A stretch of 62,847 bases of DNA, counting the filler, from Reclinomonas americana ATCC 50394 (taxonomy: Eukaryota): assembly GCA_048213135.1 (NCBI GenBank). It is 5 parts of 3 records of this genome, joined end to end, with 100 filler letters (N's around TTAATTAATTAA, not from the genome) between each part and the next. Parts side by side here need not be neighbours in the genome. Positions count along the whole stretch, not along the records: positions 38,708 to 59,194 come from PS015472.1; positions 59,295 to 62,847 come from PS015476.1; 3 more parts are not named here. The stretch is one strand, 5' to 3'. Shown one piece after another: positions 51,725 through 62,722 of the stretch. The translations under genes were made by a program, and so were the position numbers. Under the pieces are notes generated by a model. The model had not been told where the DNA came from. It ran no database searches and was given only the letters and a program-made list of their open reading frames with translations. Each line of letters opens with the position of its first letter. Within the stretch, counting starts at the first letter, position 1.

Positions 51725-53223
51725 GTCGCGTCGGCAGCAGCAACAGCAGGCAGATGATGTGATGCAACTCTCATTCAATGTCGGTGATTATATTCCCGAG
51801 AGCCTGCGTGACATGGCGCGCACGTTGCCGACAGGCATGGATGTGGACTACGAATCTGCCATGCTCTCCGAAGCCATTCGCCTGTCCATCTTGGCGGCGC
51901 AAGAGGACGCTGCTCGTACCGAACAGCAGCAACAACAGCAACTGCAGCAACAACAACTGGCGGATGGCTCTGCGGAGCTGCAATTACAGTCGCCGCAATT
52001 GGAGTCGGAGAAGGCCGTGCGAGTGCGAAAGGAGGAAGAGGAAGACGACGAGGACGACGGTAGTCACATTTTTGGTGGTGACGCAGTTACGCGGGCAATT
52101 GCACAAAAACTGTCGTCGAGGGACGATGAATCGTTGACGCGGTTACGACGGGGCGATACTGGCGCGCCGAGCGACGAGCAGCACGTGGATGCAATGTTCT
52201 ATCTGCGAGCCGTCGCGGCGGCGCATCAGGCGGCAGAGGCCGCACGACACCCAGGTATGGATGGACCGCTGTCGTTCTTGCCGGAGATGTGCGCACGTGT
52301 TGACTGTCTTTCTTATGCAGCCGTGGTCACCATGCCGTCGGCATCGCCGCTTGCCGAGTCACCTCTTGATGCGGCCACAATGCCGGGATCCGCAGGCGCT
52401 CTTGCTGTTGCTGTTGCGTTTGCCTTGTGCGCGCGACAACCGTCTTTCCATTTCTCACACACTCTGCAGGAGAAGCTCGATGGTCCGGCTTATGGCGGCG
52501 ACGAGGCAGGCTCGTCGCTGTCGAATTCACCACGCGACAGCACGGCTCGCCTGCGGTCGGCCAGTCTGTCGTCGCAGTCGACCAAGCCGAAGGCCGGTCT
52601 GTTGGGCACCATGTCGCAGGAAATCACCTCGTCGTCGCCAACCTCGGAGGGTCTGACGACGGGTAAGGAGGATGGGGAGCACTCACCAAAGGGCGCGTCG
52701 GGCTTCACTGTGCCTGGTCTGGCCGACGATTTTGGTGTGGTCGACGAGGACATGGGCGATCGGGATGCGGTACGTGTGTATGTGCGTGTGCGTGCGCGTG
52801 TGCGATGCCGTAACTCACCGGTGTCATTCCGCCGAACAGCGCGAGGAGCTGCCTCTTAGTGGCCTGTTGATGTCGCAGAATCCGGCCGTGATGACTCTGC
52901 CTCCCACTGGTCGTCGGAGAAGTAGCAGTACGTCTCCGATTGCTGAGCGACGGACTGGAAAACTGGAAGAGGGTTCGCTTCACCGTTTCTTCTTTTTTCT
53001 CGTCGTATGGCTTCGCGTGCGCTCACCGTGTGTAACAGGTGTCGCCGCCTCGTCAGCATCTTCGTCAACCCCGCCGCCACCACCACCACCACTGCCACCC
53101 GGTGCCTTGCGGCCCAGTGCCAGTGTGGAAGGCGGTGCTGCTGCTCAAGGTAGCGACGACGAAGAGGAGGACGAGGAGGCCATTCTTGCGCTGGCAATCG
53201 CCATGTCGCTGCGTGAATCATGA
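50280..53223 (+). CDS. SIP5/DA2/GW2-like RING protein with C-terminal UIM-like motif
   Basis: MGTKGSK..PTGLYPSCPWDDKQVKKL..RVAPRWPG, ECPICYL|AYPALNTCTCCRQTLCTECYLQ...ECPFCK, MLSEAIRLS, EEAILALAIAMSLRES*. Confidence 0.88.
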
Positions 53224-53395
53224 TAGAGATTGCTGCGGTTCCCCGCCCGCCCTCCTTTTGTCTCTCTCTCTCTCTCTCTCTTTTTGTTGTTTGTTTGGTT
53301 TGTACGTCGCGCGGTTGCTGCCTCGTCGACGGTGTGTTTGTGTGGATTCAGAAAAAGAAGAAGAAGAAGAACAGTGTATTGTTTTCTCTGGTGTG

Positions 53396-54611
53396 CTACT
53401 GCAAAGGTGTGGTCGATGCGCACGTGTTGCTGTCGTCGGCGGTCACATTCAGTGGCACCACTCCCACCGTGACATTGTCGTCGGCGTGCGGGGCGGTGAC
53501 GGCGCTCTTGGCGAGGAAGAGCGCCAGGCTGTCGCAGTTCGCGTCGCTCACACTGGCGTATTCGTCGACCAGGCGCGCAACCGCATTCGCGTCCAACGCA
53601 TCCCACAAACCATCGGTGGCCACCAGGAGGCACACATCGCGGCGAGTGACCTTGTACTCCACAATGTCCGGCTCGGGGATGACAAATGGGCGGAGGTAGC
53701 GATCGCCAATGGCGCGTGTCGCAGCCAGGACGCCTTGCACGCGAAGGATGCCGCACGGCTGTGCAGGACGCAGATACCCACCCGACAGCGCCTCGATGCG
53801 CTGCCTCTCGCTCTTCTCCGTCGGCGAGTGCAGGCGGGTGAGCCACTCCAACTTGAAACCGGGTCCGTGTGATCGACGGCGGACGACGGCACACCGACTA
53901 ACGCACAGTGTCTGAGTATGCGAGGCTCTCTCTCTCTCTCTCACCCTTCTTCAGACTCACCTGTCGCCCGTGTTGGCCACGAAGCACACGTCGGGACGCG
54001 TTGGGTGGATGGCGACAACACACGCTGTCGAGCCGATATTGCTGGGTGGCGCCTCGCAATTGTTGAATCGCAAGCCGCCCGCACGAACAACGCGCGCAGC
54101 AAAGAACCGCTCAAAGTCCTCGTCGAGTTGTACGAGTGTGGCACTCAGCATCGCCCTGCGGATGTCGCACGGTGCAGTCAAGAGGAGAAAACCAGCGAGC
54201 GAACAAACCAACAAACAACTGCTGCGCACCCTGTACACGAGGAGGCACTGTGTTGCAGCTTGGCCTCGGCTGCCAGCGGCAGGCGATCGCGCAAAAAGGT
54301 CGCGCACATGGAACCGTTGTGTCCGTCAAACACAGCATAGAGCTCTGTAATCCTCGCACATGAGGAACGACTCGAATTGGACATTTTGCGATCGACGTCA
54401 AACGCAAGCACCGCATCCGTTGGACAGCGTGACCGCGGTATGCGCGTCCTCCTGATACGGGCGGCTACCGATAAGAGAGGCGAACTGTTCGTGCGAGAAT
54501 CGCAGACGGGCAACCTGCATTGGCGTCTGGAAGCACACATGTGGAAGCGGCAAGATTGCATTGGGATCGGAACAACGCGCTCACCTTTGGCGACGAATTT
54601 GTGGAGCCCAT
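53396..54611 (-). CDS. Protein phosphatase 2C (PPM family)
   Basis: GSRPYQEDAH, YAVFDGHNG, GSTACV, VANTGDSR, LAATRAIGD, VATDGLWD, DDNVTV. Confidence 0.95.
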
Positions 54612-54979
54612 GGTGACGGCGGTTGTCTGTTGTCGGCGCACGTGACGCGATCAAGAAGGGTGTGTGGTGATGAAGAGTGGGAACGGGGCAAGAAGCAGAG
54701 GGCGATGAGGAAGCGATCATGTCACAACATGGAAAGTGAAAAAATAAAGAACACGTCGGAATCGTCCAGACAACCTCCATCGAATGATCGCATAGGACAC
54801 ACAATAGCGCACGACGGGTAGTTGAATAAGCACCACACTTGTTTCATTTTGCGGAAGAAGAAAACAAACGACAAGAAGAGAGGACAAGAATGTTGAAAAA
54901 AACTGAGGAAATGCCCGAGAGCGAAAAACAACAATCCACTACAGAAAATCGTGGAGAGNNNNNNNNNNNNNNNNNNNNG

Positions 54980-55323
54980 CAGAACGGCTACTCACCCGAG
55001 GACAAGTACTGCCCGTTCTACAAGCTGGTGTGGATGGTGCGCAACATGATCACGTTCTACCAGGAGGCACGCAAGGGTGAGTTATATTGTGTTTGCACAC
55101 CGTGGTCACTCTGGCGTCTGCTGAACCGTCTTCTTCGTGTGTAGCCATTGAGCAAGACAAGATCCGCTGGGCCACCATCAAGTCGCGCATGCCATGGGCA
55201 CTGGACGAGCTGAAGAAGATGAAGTTTGCGAACCCGCACGACGGACAGGAGAAGCTGGAGGGTGACTTCCGCAACATGTTGGAGCGCATGCAGACGGCAT
55301 TCCGCAGCCTCGAGGAGGACTAA
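54980..55323 (+). CDS. ATP6V1A: V-type ATPase catalytic subunit A, C-terminal fragment
   Basis: [27 protein letters not shown]...[12 protein letters not shown]...AFRSLEED*; 5' part is missing behind the gap. Confidence 0.92.
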
Positions 55324-55566
55324 AAAGACGCGAGTGAGGGAGATTGTAGAACCGAACTCCGTCTGTCGAGGCGTTTCCTCTTTTGCGTCGTCGTCGTCAT
55401 TTTGTGCCGTTTTTAGTACTGGTGGTTGGCGGTGTGCGTCTGTCTGTGTTGGACGCGGTAGCTGGCGTGATTTCTCGATCCTCACACTCTTTTTTCTTCG
55501 CTTTCGTTTTGCTCTTTCATCTTGTTCGGAATGTGTATACTCGTTTACTTCAAAGTGGTTGTTGCG

Positions 55567-57846
55567 TCATCGCTGTCCTTCAAACAGTCGACGTCGCTCG
55601 GCAACGCTCATACTCGAGAGGTCCCGCCCGTCGTCCACTGCCCGGTTCACACCGAAACGCGCTGGCAGACGAGCTGTGCCAAGGACACTCGTGTCGTGAG
55701 TTCACCCGTGCACGTGATAACCATCAGTGTGGCGCATACGCAACTGGAGACGTGCACCAGGTTCTGGATCGCGGCCTCGATTTCCGAAGGCCGATTTTCC
55801 TCTCTCGGCCACTCACGAGCGGGCACCGTCGGTCGCGTCAGCGATTGTTGGCGCAGGGACTCGCCGAACGAGATCACCGCCGAGAGGGAGGTGGGAAGTT
55901 GGTCCACGGCGTTGCGCACCGCGTTTGCCGTGTCGGCATCGTACAACTCGGGGACCATGGCGTCCGTGTACCGCACGATTTGACTGACATAATCCGGGTC
56001 CGGATGTGCGTCCACTCGGCGCGGTGGCGCCGGCAGGTCCTGCAGCAGGGGGTCGAGTGGCGGCACAAACTGACGTCGGCTGGCCGGCTGTGACGATGGT
56101 GCAGCAATCTCGGCAGCCGGTGGCGACACGGGCTCTTCGCCTCGGGCGGGGGAGAGGGCAGAGGGTGGATGTGAACTCGGCTGCAACGCCTCACACAGCC
56201 ACACCAGTTGGTACTCGAACATCGATCGCCGCAACTCGTTCCTCACATCCGCATCAGCTACGCAGACGGATCAGACGTGAAACGAGACAGCACCACAGCG
56301 AGGATCTTCACGCAACAGTCGTCGTCGCTGGGCGGCGCCGTATCCAACGGCAGAGACAGGCAGGTGGCCAGAGTCATCTGCTGCTCCGCTGCCGCGCTGC
56401 CGCTCACCAGTGACGCGCGCATGCGAATGTCCGCCGCCTCCGCGTGAGTTCGCATCAGCAGCGGAATGTGCCGTACGTCGGGGCAGGTGAGTGGCGCCAG
56501 CGGGATACGCACGCGCAACCCGTCGGCATCTTCGTCGATTGGCCCCGGCGAGTAAATTGACTCGACGTAATCGGCGACCCGCTGCGGTTCGCCAGTGACA
56601 GCATGCACAACTTCCAGCACAATGTGGGCGCGCGGATGGAACACGGATTGCAGACTGGAGATAATGTTCCAGAACGCCAAGCGCAGTTCGTCAAATGTAC
56701 GAATGTCAAAATGCCTGCCCCACGGAAACCGTCGGCGCACAAGCGACAAGTATGTGGCTCCCAGATCGGCAAACTCCATGTCGTAGAAGCCCATCGTGTA
56801 GACGGCAATCTCCTCCACTGGCATCTTCAGCTCTGCCACCATGCGATCCAACTGTCGCTCAAAGGAGCGCAACGACACTGCGTCGACACCGTCGTTCATG
56901 GTCGGGTGGCCGTCGGTGAGGAACAGAACCACGGGATGACGATTCTGCACGCAAAAGCGCACACATAATCCACAATGAGTGCATGTAATGCATACAGAGA
57001 AAGCAGTCGATGCCCTGACGCACCATGCCCGTCTCTCGGCGTCGACGGGCCGCCTGCTCACACGCATTCAGAATACCATTGTACAGCGCGTCGAGAAACG
57101 CGTCTGTGCTGTAGCCGGCGTCGGTGGGCAAGCTGCTCATCCAATCCAGCATCGACTGCACCGTGCGGAGCGTTTGCTCCCGGTGCACTTCGTCGGGCGA
57201 GTTCATCGACGAGAACGGCAGCACCTCCACCACTCGACCGGCATACGCAATCACCGTGGCGTCGTGCTTCCCGGCCTCCACAAACACTTGTTCTGTTGTT
57301 TCAGGCCGGCGTCTCATGAGGGATCGCGTGCGTTTCGCTGGCAGACAAAGGAGCGACAGAGAGAGAGACGCACACACACCGACATGATCGAGGAGGAAAA
57401 GGCGGAGTGTTTCAGTGACCATGTGCAGCTTGGTGTAGCCCTCGTCGGGCGTGGCATCGTACATGGATGCACTGCGATGCATGCGATCAACACGATGAGA
57501 GGAAGAGCGGGAGAGAGTGGGGGTGAGAAACGAAACCTCATGTCGAGCACAATCGCCATATCACAACCCTGGCGACTTGTGAATGAGCACACGCACACAC
57601 ACTCTCTCATATGCACAAGTGTTGCCACTCACTGGTGCCTCGTAGGCTACTGGCGCTGCTGCGCTGGCGCCCGCCGGAGCGTCGACAGTGAGTGTGATCA
57701 GATCGTGCACACGGCCACCGACGCGCGCGTGACGTATGTTCAGTCGAGCACTCTGTGTGTGTGCGTGCTCAGTCAGAGAGGGAGGAGAGGAGGAGAGAAG
57801 AGGTTGGAGGTGACGAGTGCTCGCAACACACATCCATCGTACTCAT
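55567..57846 (-). CDS. von Willebrand factor A (vWA) domain protein
   Basis: DMAIVLDMSASM (MIDAS DxSxS), VVLFLTDGHPT, VYTMGF; eight exons ending SVAERRRLFEGQR*. Confidence 0.82.
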
Positions 57847-57929
57847 TGTTGGCGTGTGGGTTTGGTTTTGTCAATGAAAGGTTGATTGGCGGACGGGGCG
57901 GCGTGAAGTGACTGACTGCGTGTATTCGT

Positions 57930-59137
57930 TCATTGTTTCGGGCGATACGAAAAGCGATCGAGTACTCCTGGAGTGCTGCCCTCTCCACCATTCTTTGCGG
58001 CCTTCTCCCTCGCCTCCTTCTCCCGCTCCAGTCGCTCGCGAATGAGCATCTGTGTGGTGGTGGGTGATATCAGTCGGAAAAATGACAACATGCCGTTCTG
58101 CGACAGCGAGCCAAACCTTGCGCTTGTCAATCACGTTGCGGTTCTTCTCCAGGAAGCGCTTCATCTTGCGCTTCGTCTTCTTCGACTTGTGCTTCTCAGT
58201 TGCTGCGTCGTCCTCACCAGACTTTGGAGCATCGCGCTGCGTACGAGGACACGATTGAGTAAAAAGGAGTGGCGAAAACGCATTGCAGCGAGCGACGAGG
58301 CGTAGCATACCGTGCTCAGCTCGGCGCGCCTGGCAAGCACCACCGAATCGTGACCCACATCGACGCGGCCAATCATCTCCGGATCCAGTTGAATGTGTGT
58401 TGGTTGAATCTGCAGCAGCAAGCACGGTCAGCGGTACACGAGAGGTGTCGCAGTTGCCGTCATACAACAGACCTTGTCGAGCAGTTGCACCACTTCGGCC
58501 TCGCGACGCTGTCGCTTGGTCTGGAACGGATTCACTTCGACGGAATCGTAGTTGGCCTCGCCGGCACCCGGCACCAAAATCGACGAGAAACCGCTGTCGT
58601 GACTGAGACCCAGCACATCCTCAAATGGTCTAAAGTGTGCGTCACGAACGGCACATCGCGCAGGTGTCGTGTGCGTCATGTATGGCGCAGAGTGCTTGGA
58701 CGAAATGTTGGGCCATATCTGTCGACAGGTGAGGACATTGACGAGCAGCATGCACATGCACACACACAAACACACACACCTCCACACGTTGTCCGAAGCT
58801 GACACTGAGCAAGCCGCTCTGCGAAATCGACAGTGTCTCCACGGGTGCAGGAGCCGAGTACGCGTACAGTTCCTTGTAGGTGCGCACGTCCCACACCTTG
58901 ACCAACTTGTCGTTGCCGGCAGTCACCAAATACCTGCATCGTTTGTGTGGCCAGTGAGCACTCGTACAAAGGCGTACGCATGGAAATATAATTGCAGTCG
59001 CCAGCACGCACCTGCCAGTGTTGTCCACGGCCACAGCGTTAATGTTTCCACGGTGTGTCAACATGGTCACCAGGGCCTCGTTCATCTGCGGGCTCCACAT
59101 GGTCACGCGTCCATTGTGGTGACCCAGCAGCGTCACC
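57930..59137 (-). CDS. WDR46: WDR46/UTP7 (BING4) small-subunit processome WD40 protein, 3' half
   Basis: [64 protein letters not shown]. Confidence 0.95.
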
Positions 59138-59238
59138 TGTGGCACGCAATGCAGTCAGTAAACACCTCATACCTTCGCCGCTCACCCACACACANNNNNN
59201 NNNNNNNNNNNNNNNNNNNNNNNNNNNNNNNNNNNNNN

Positions 59239-59250
59239 TTAATTAATTAA
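59239..59250. other. Artificial contig linker TTAATTAATTAA
   Basis: Same 12-mer inside an N run. Confidence 0.95.
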
Positions 59251-59294
59251 NNNNNNNNNNNNNNNNNNNNNNNNNNNNNNNNNNNNNNNNNNNN

Positions 59295-61571
59295 TTGAGC
59301 AGCGGAACTCCCTGAAGGCTACGGAGTTTCTTGCGCAAGTCGTGCGCGATAGGTGCGTGAAGAAAAAAGTGGCGGAGCGCCTGTGGACTGGCGAGACTAC
59401 TAGATTGCGGCTGGCTGCCTTCGCTCACTGCTTGTGGATGGCGCCGGATGATGCCACCGTCGTCACTCTCCTTCACGAGGTGCCGATCGGCTTTTTCAAG
59501 AAGTCGGTCGCGGACTGTCCATGGTGGCCTGTCGCTGCGGTCGTCACTGGTCGACTGCCGGCGGTGCTGGACGCAGTGCGCGCACGAGCTCAACTGGAGG
59601 ATGTTCCGCTGCTGGAGTCAATGATGGACCCCACTGCTCTCGACTTTGCGCTTCGAGCAGCTGTCAGCGTCGGTGATGGCGTCGCCATTCGTTACCTCGG
59701 CAGTCTCGCTCTGCCAGTCGCCGATCCACAGCTCATCAGGATGACGTTGTTCTACTGCGTGCGCCACTGCATCGGGCGGGGGAAGGAGGCCGTCCTCAAT
59801 GACCTTCGTGAGTCGTGGCCGCTGGACAACGTGGAGGCGAGCGCGCGACTCGAGTTGGCGGCCGCCAAGAACGACGTGGAGACGGTGCGGCGGCTGCTGG
59901 GCGAAGGCGTCGCCGACCCCACCATTGCCGACAACTTACCGTTGCGACAGGCCGCGTTCCGTGGCCACACTGAGGTGGTGGCTGCGTTGCTCGCCGATGA
60001 TCGTGTCCACCCGGAACGACCGCATAACGTTGCGCTTTTGCATGCGTGCGTGGATGGCCACTTGGATGTCGTGTCGCTGCTGCTGAGGCGTGATGAGGTG
60101 ATTGTGGGTGACGGTTCTGAGGAGATGTTTACTTACGACAGCTGGGCTTTCCCCGGTACACCGGCAGATCCGGATGTGCAAGTCGTGGACTCTGCCATCG
60201 ACCCTGATCATTTTGAAACACATTTCTCTAGTGATGATCATCCCGTCTCCCCGCTTGAGGTTGCTGTCCGGATGAATCGCAGCGCCTTGGTTCGGACGGT
60301 GCTGCAAGAGGACGTGTTGCACCATCCACACGAGGCCACCTTCCTGAGGGACTCAGTGCCCGAAATCAACAACGAAGGCATGCTGCGGGTCTTTCTGGAC
60401 AATCCTCCCTACTGGGAGGGAGTTCTTGACGATGCAGAATTCGTCGATCGCATCCTGGATTGTAGACTTTTGCCGTCGATCAAGGTGCCGTGTCTGTTGG
60501 AGTATCCGCGCTATCGACCGCACGTGGACTTGCAAGCTCTGACCGGTTGTATCATCGGCCGCGTCAGATCTGCATACGCGGATCGGCCGCTAGAATCCGT
60601 GGTGACTGCAGTTTACGTGGAGGCCGAGAGCCGTGGTGAATGGAGAGCGGTTCTCGACGATGTGGCTGACTCTATCCTACACGACATGGACAGTTATCAT
60701 ACATGTATATTGTCAATGCGGAGCCTGTTGGCCATGTCATGCGTTCAGCCGCTGACAGACCACCACTTCGTCGAGACGGCGATGGCAAAAACTTTCGACG
60801 AGTTTCGGATGGAGCCGAATTCCGGCTTTGCACGTCGGTCGTACCTGCACGAAGTGGCCTTGTTTTGTCTCGCCGGTGCCGAGATGCCACAGGTCTGTTT
60901 TCTGGGTGGAGAAGTTGCAGAGAGAGAGAGAGAGAAAGAGAGCAAGATGGCAAGCATACTGGCGCTTTCTCTCTCTCTCTCCTGTCCGTTTCCTCTTCTC
61001 ACCGCCACTTTCTATCTCTTGTTTCTCTCCCTCTCTTTCTGTCTGCGCCCTCTCGCACTCTCATGATTATCACTGACGACGCTCTCTGCAGTTGTCGGAC
61101 GAGCGAAATTGGTTCTGTATGACAGGCGCGGAGCACATGATCATCGAGTGGATCGACCAGCGCAAGTGTGCCCTCGCCTCCCCCGAGCTCCAGCCGATGC
61201 TGGATGCGTCGGTGCCGTTCCCGCTGGTGAAACTCAGCTGCGCCATTGCTCCGCCGACGCTCCATTCGGCGCCGTCGTGTGACGTGCTGCGCCGCCTGAT
61301 CGACGTTCTTGTTGTCGGGGATGAGCATCGCATGTACCGCAGCCGTCGTCGACATCACTGCTCCGAATTCGTGTCACCACTGGCCCGGGTGCTGGCGCCA
61401 GGTGGCGTCGTGCGTGGTTTCGCGCGTGCAACGCTGCATCGGGTGCTCCTATTCGAGATCTACCACGTGCTGCTGGCCGACAAGTTGCAGGCCAGCATGG
61501 GCGTGGTGTTGCCGGCCGACGTGTGGATGCAGATTGTGCTGTTTGTTAAGTTCCCGATGACATATGTGTGA
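59295..61571 (+). CDS. Ankyrin-repeat protein with C-terminal F-box-like motif (5'-partial)
   Basis: ADPTIADNLPLRQAAFRGHTEVVAALLADDRVHP, ACVDGHLDVVSLLL; single intron 60893-61091; ends LPADVWMQIVLFVKFPMTYV*. Confidence 0.8.
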
Positions 61572-61940
61572 GACTCCAGTTTTTGTAAATGATCGTTCAG
61601 TCTACAACATCCGCACTATCGCGACTTATTCCTGCTTGTCGTTGGCGACAGCACAGAGCGATTTTTCGACCTCACATGTGAACAGCCGCAAAACAGGAGT
61701 GGTCGTAACACATGTCGGGGCTCGAAGGATGTCACTCTTTTTCTGAGCTTTCCACAAGTTCGCTCCAAGAGCAATAGAATGGCCAAGAAATGAGCCCTGG
61801 TCGTTTCTCACACTGCAAACCCAAGTATAGTAATCAGTCTGTAACCAGCGTCAACTGCAAGCTCGTGATACTGAGGACAGAGCACCGCTTAAACATCAAC
61901 ACTGCGCAATCACACTGAAACATTGCCAAACAACATTTTC

Positions 61941-62717
61941 TCAGTCCATTTTCTGTTTCCTCCTCTTCTCATCCTCTGCGGCAACAGCTGCTGGCCTGGC
62001 CAACAGAATCAACAGCGACATCAAACAGAGTGGCAAGTAGATCAAGAAGACGGCAACGGAGAGCATGTTGTCGGTGGAGAACGAGGTGCCCTCGGCCACT
62101 GCACATAGGATCGCCGGTGAGACGCATGTTCGTGCAATGAAAAGAAGCCGATTGCAACACTCACCGACACCATGGTAAGCGCCGCGCAACACGCGATGCA
62201 GTGTGCCGCCACCGTCAGTGTTCGACGTCAGCAAACTGAGGAGAATGGCGCCGGCAAACGGCACCGTAAGCAGGAGGCGCAGTGGCGCCGTGAGCACAGA
62301 AATGACGCGTTCTGCGCGCCGTGCAGCCGGTAATCGCAGCGGCCACGACGACACGAGCGACAGTGGGAAGAGAGCCACACTCAGCGCAATGCCAAGCACC
62401 GGCAGAGTGGGAATGAGCGAGCCGATGGTCAGCGCGGCATAGGCGTGCATCACCATGCTGTACATGTGCCAGTTGTCCACGGTCAGCGGAAGTGCGCGAC
62501 GCACGAGGAGGCCGGCGGCCACCAGCCACAAGCCAGCCGTCAGCACCAGCCACTGCTGGATCGCCACGTCCTCGTCCAACGGGGAGCTGCCGACGATTTT
62601 GGTCGCCACCAGGTGTGGAATGGCGTGTGCCACGGCTCCCACGCCGATGCAGGCCAGCAGTGCGGCGATGGGTCCGCCCACGCTGAGAATCGGGCGCTCG
62701 CAGGACCAGCGGATGGG
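61941..62717 (-). CDS. Multi-pass ER membrane protein, GPAA1/Gaa1-like C-terminus (5' beyond window)
   Basis: Several TM helices, a last helix FLIYLPLCL and an ER-retrieval-like ending KQKMD*. Family call is tentative. Confidence 0.5.
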   Translation of the reverse strand, partial: PIRWSCERPILSVGGPIAALLACIGVGAVAHAIPHLVATKIVGSSPLDEDVAIQQWLVLTAGLWLVAAGLLVRRALPLTVDNWHMYSMVMHAYAALTIGSLIPTLPVLGIALSVALFPLSLVSSWPLRLPAARRAERVISVLTAPLRLLLTVPFAGAILLSLLTSNTDGGGTLHRVLRGAYHGVGECCNRLLFIARTCVSPAILCAVAEGTSFSTDNMLSVAVFLIYLPLCLMSLLILLARPAAVAAEDEKRRKQKMD

Positions 62718-62722
62718 CTGCG

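Noticed and set aside
1611..56316. Shifted-donor introns as introner (transposon-derived) copies or U12-type introns
   Set aside because: Intron bodies share no similarity or terminal repeats beyond the donor, and they lack the U12 signature RTATCCTT.
10540..59250. TTAATTAATTAA occurring four times as a biological repeat or insertion site
   Set aside because: Always centred in 100-nt N blocks with stops in all six frames; it is an assembly linker.
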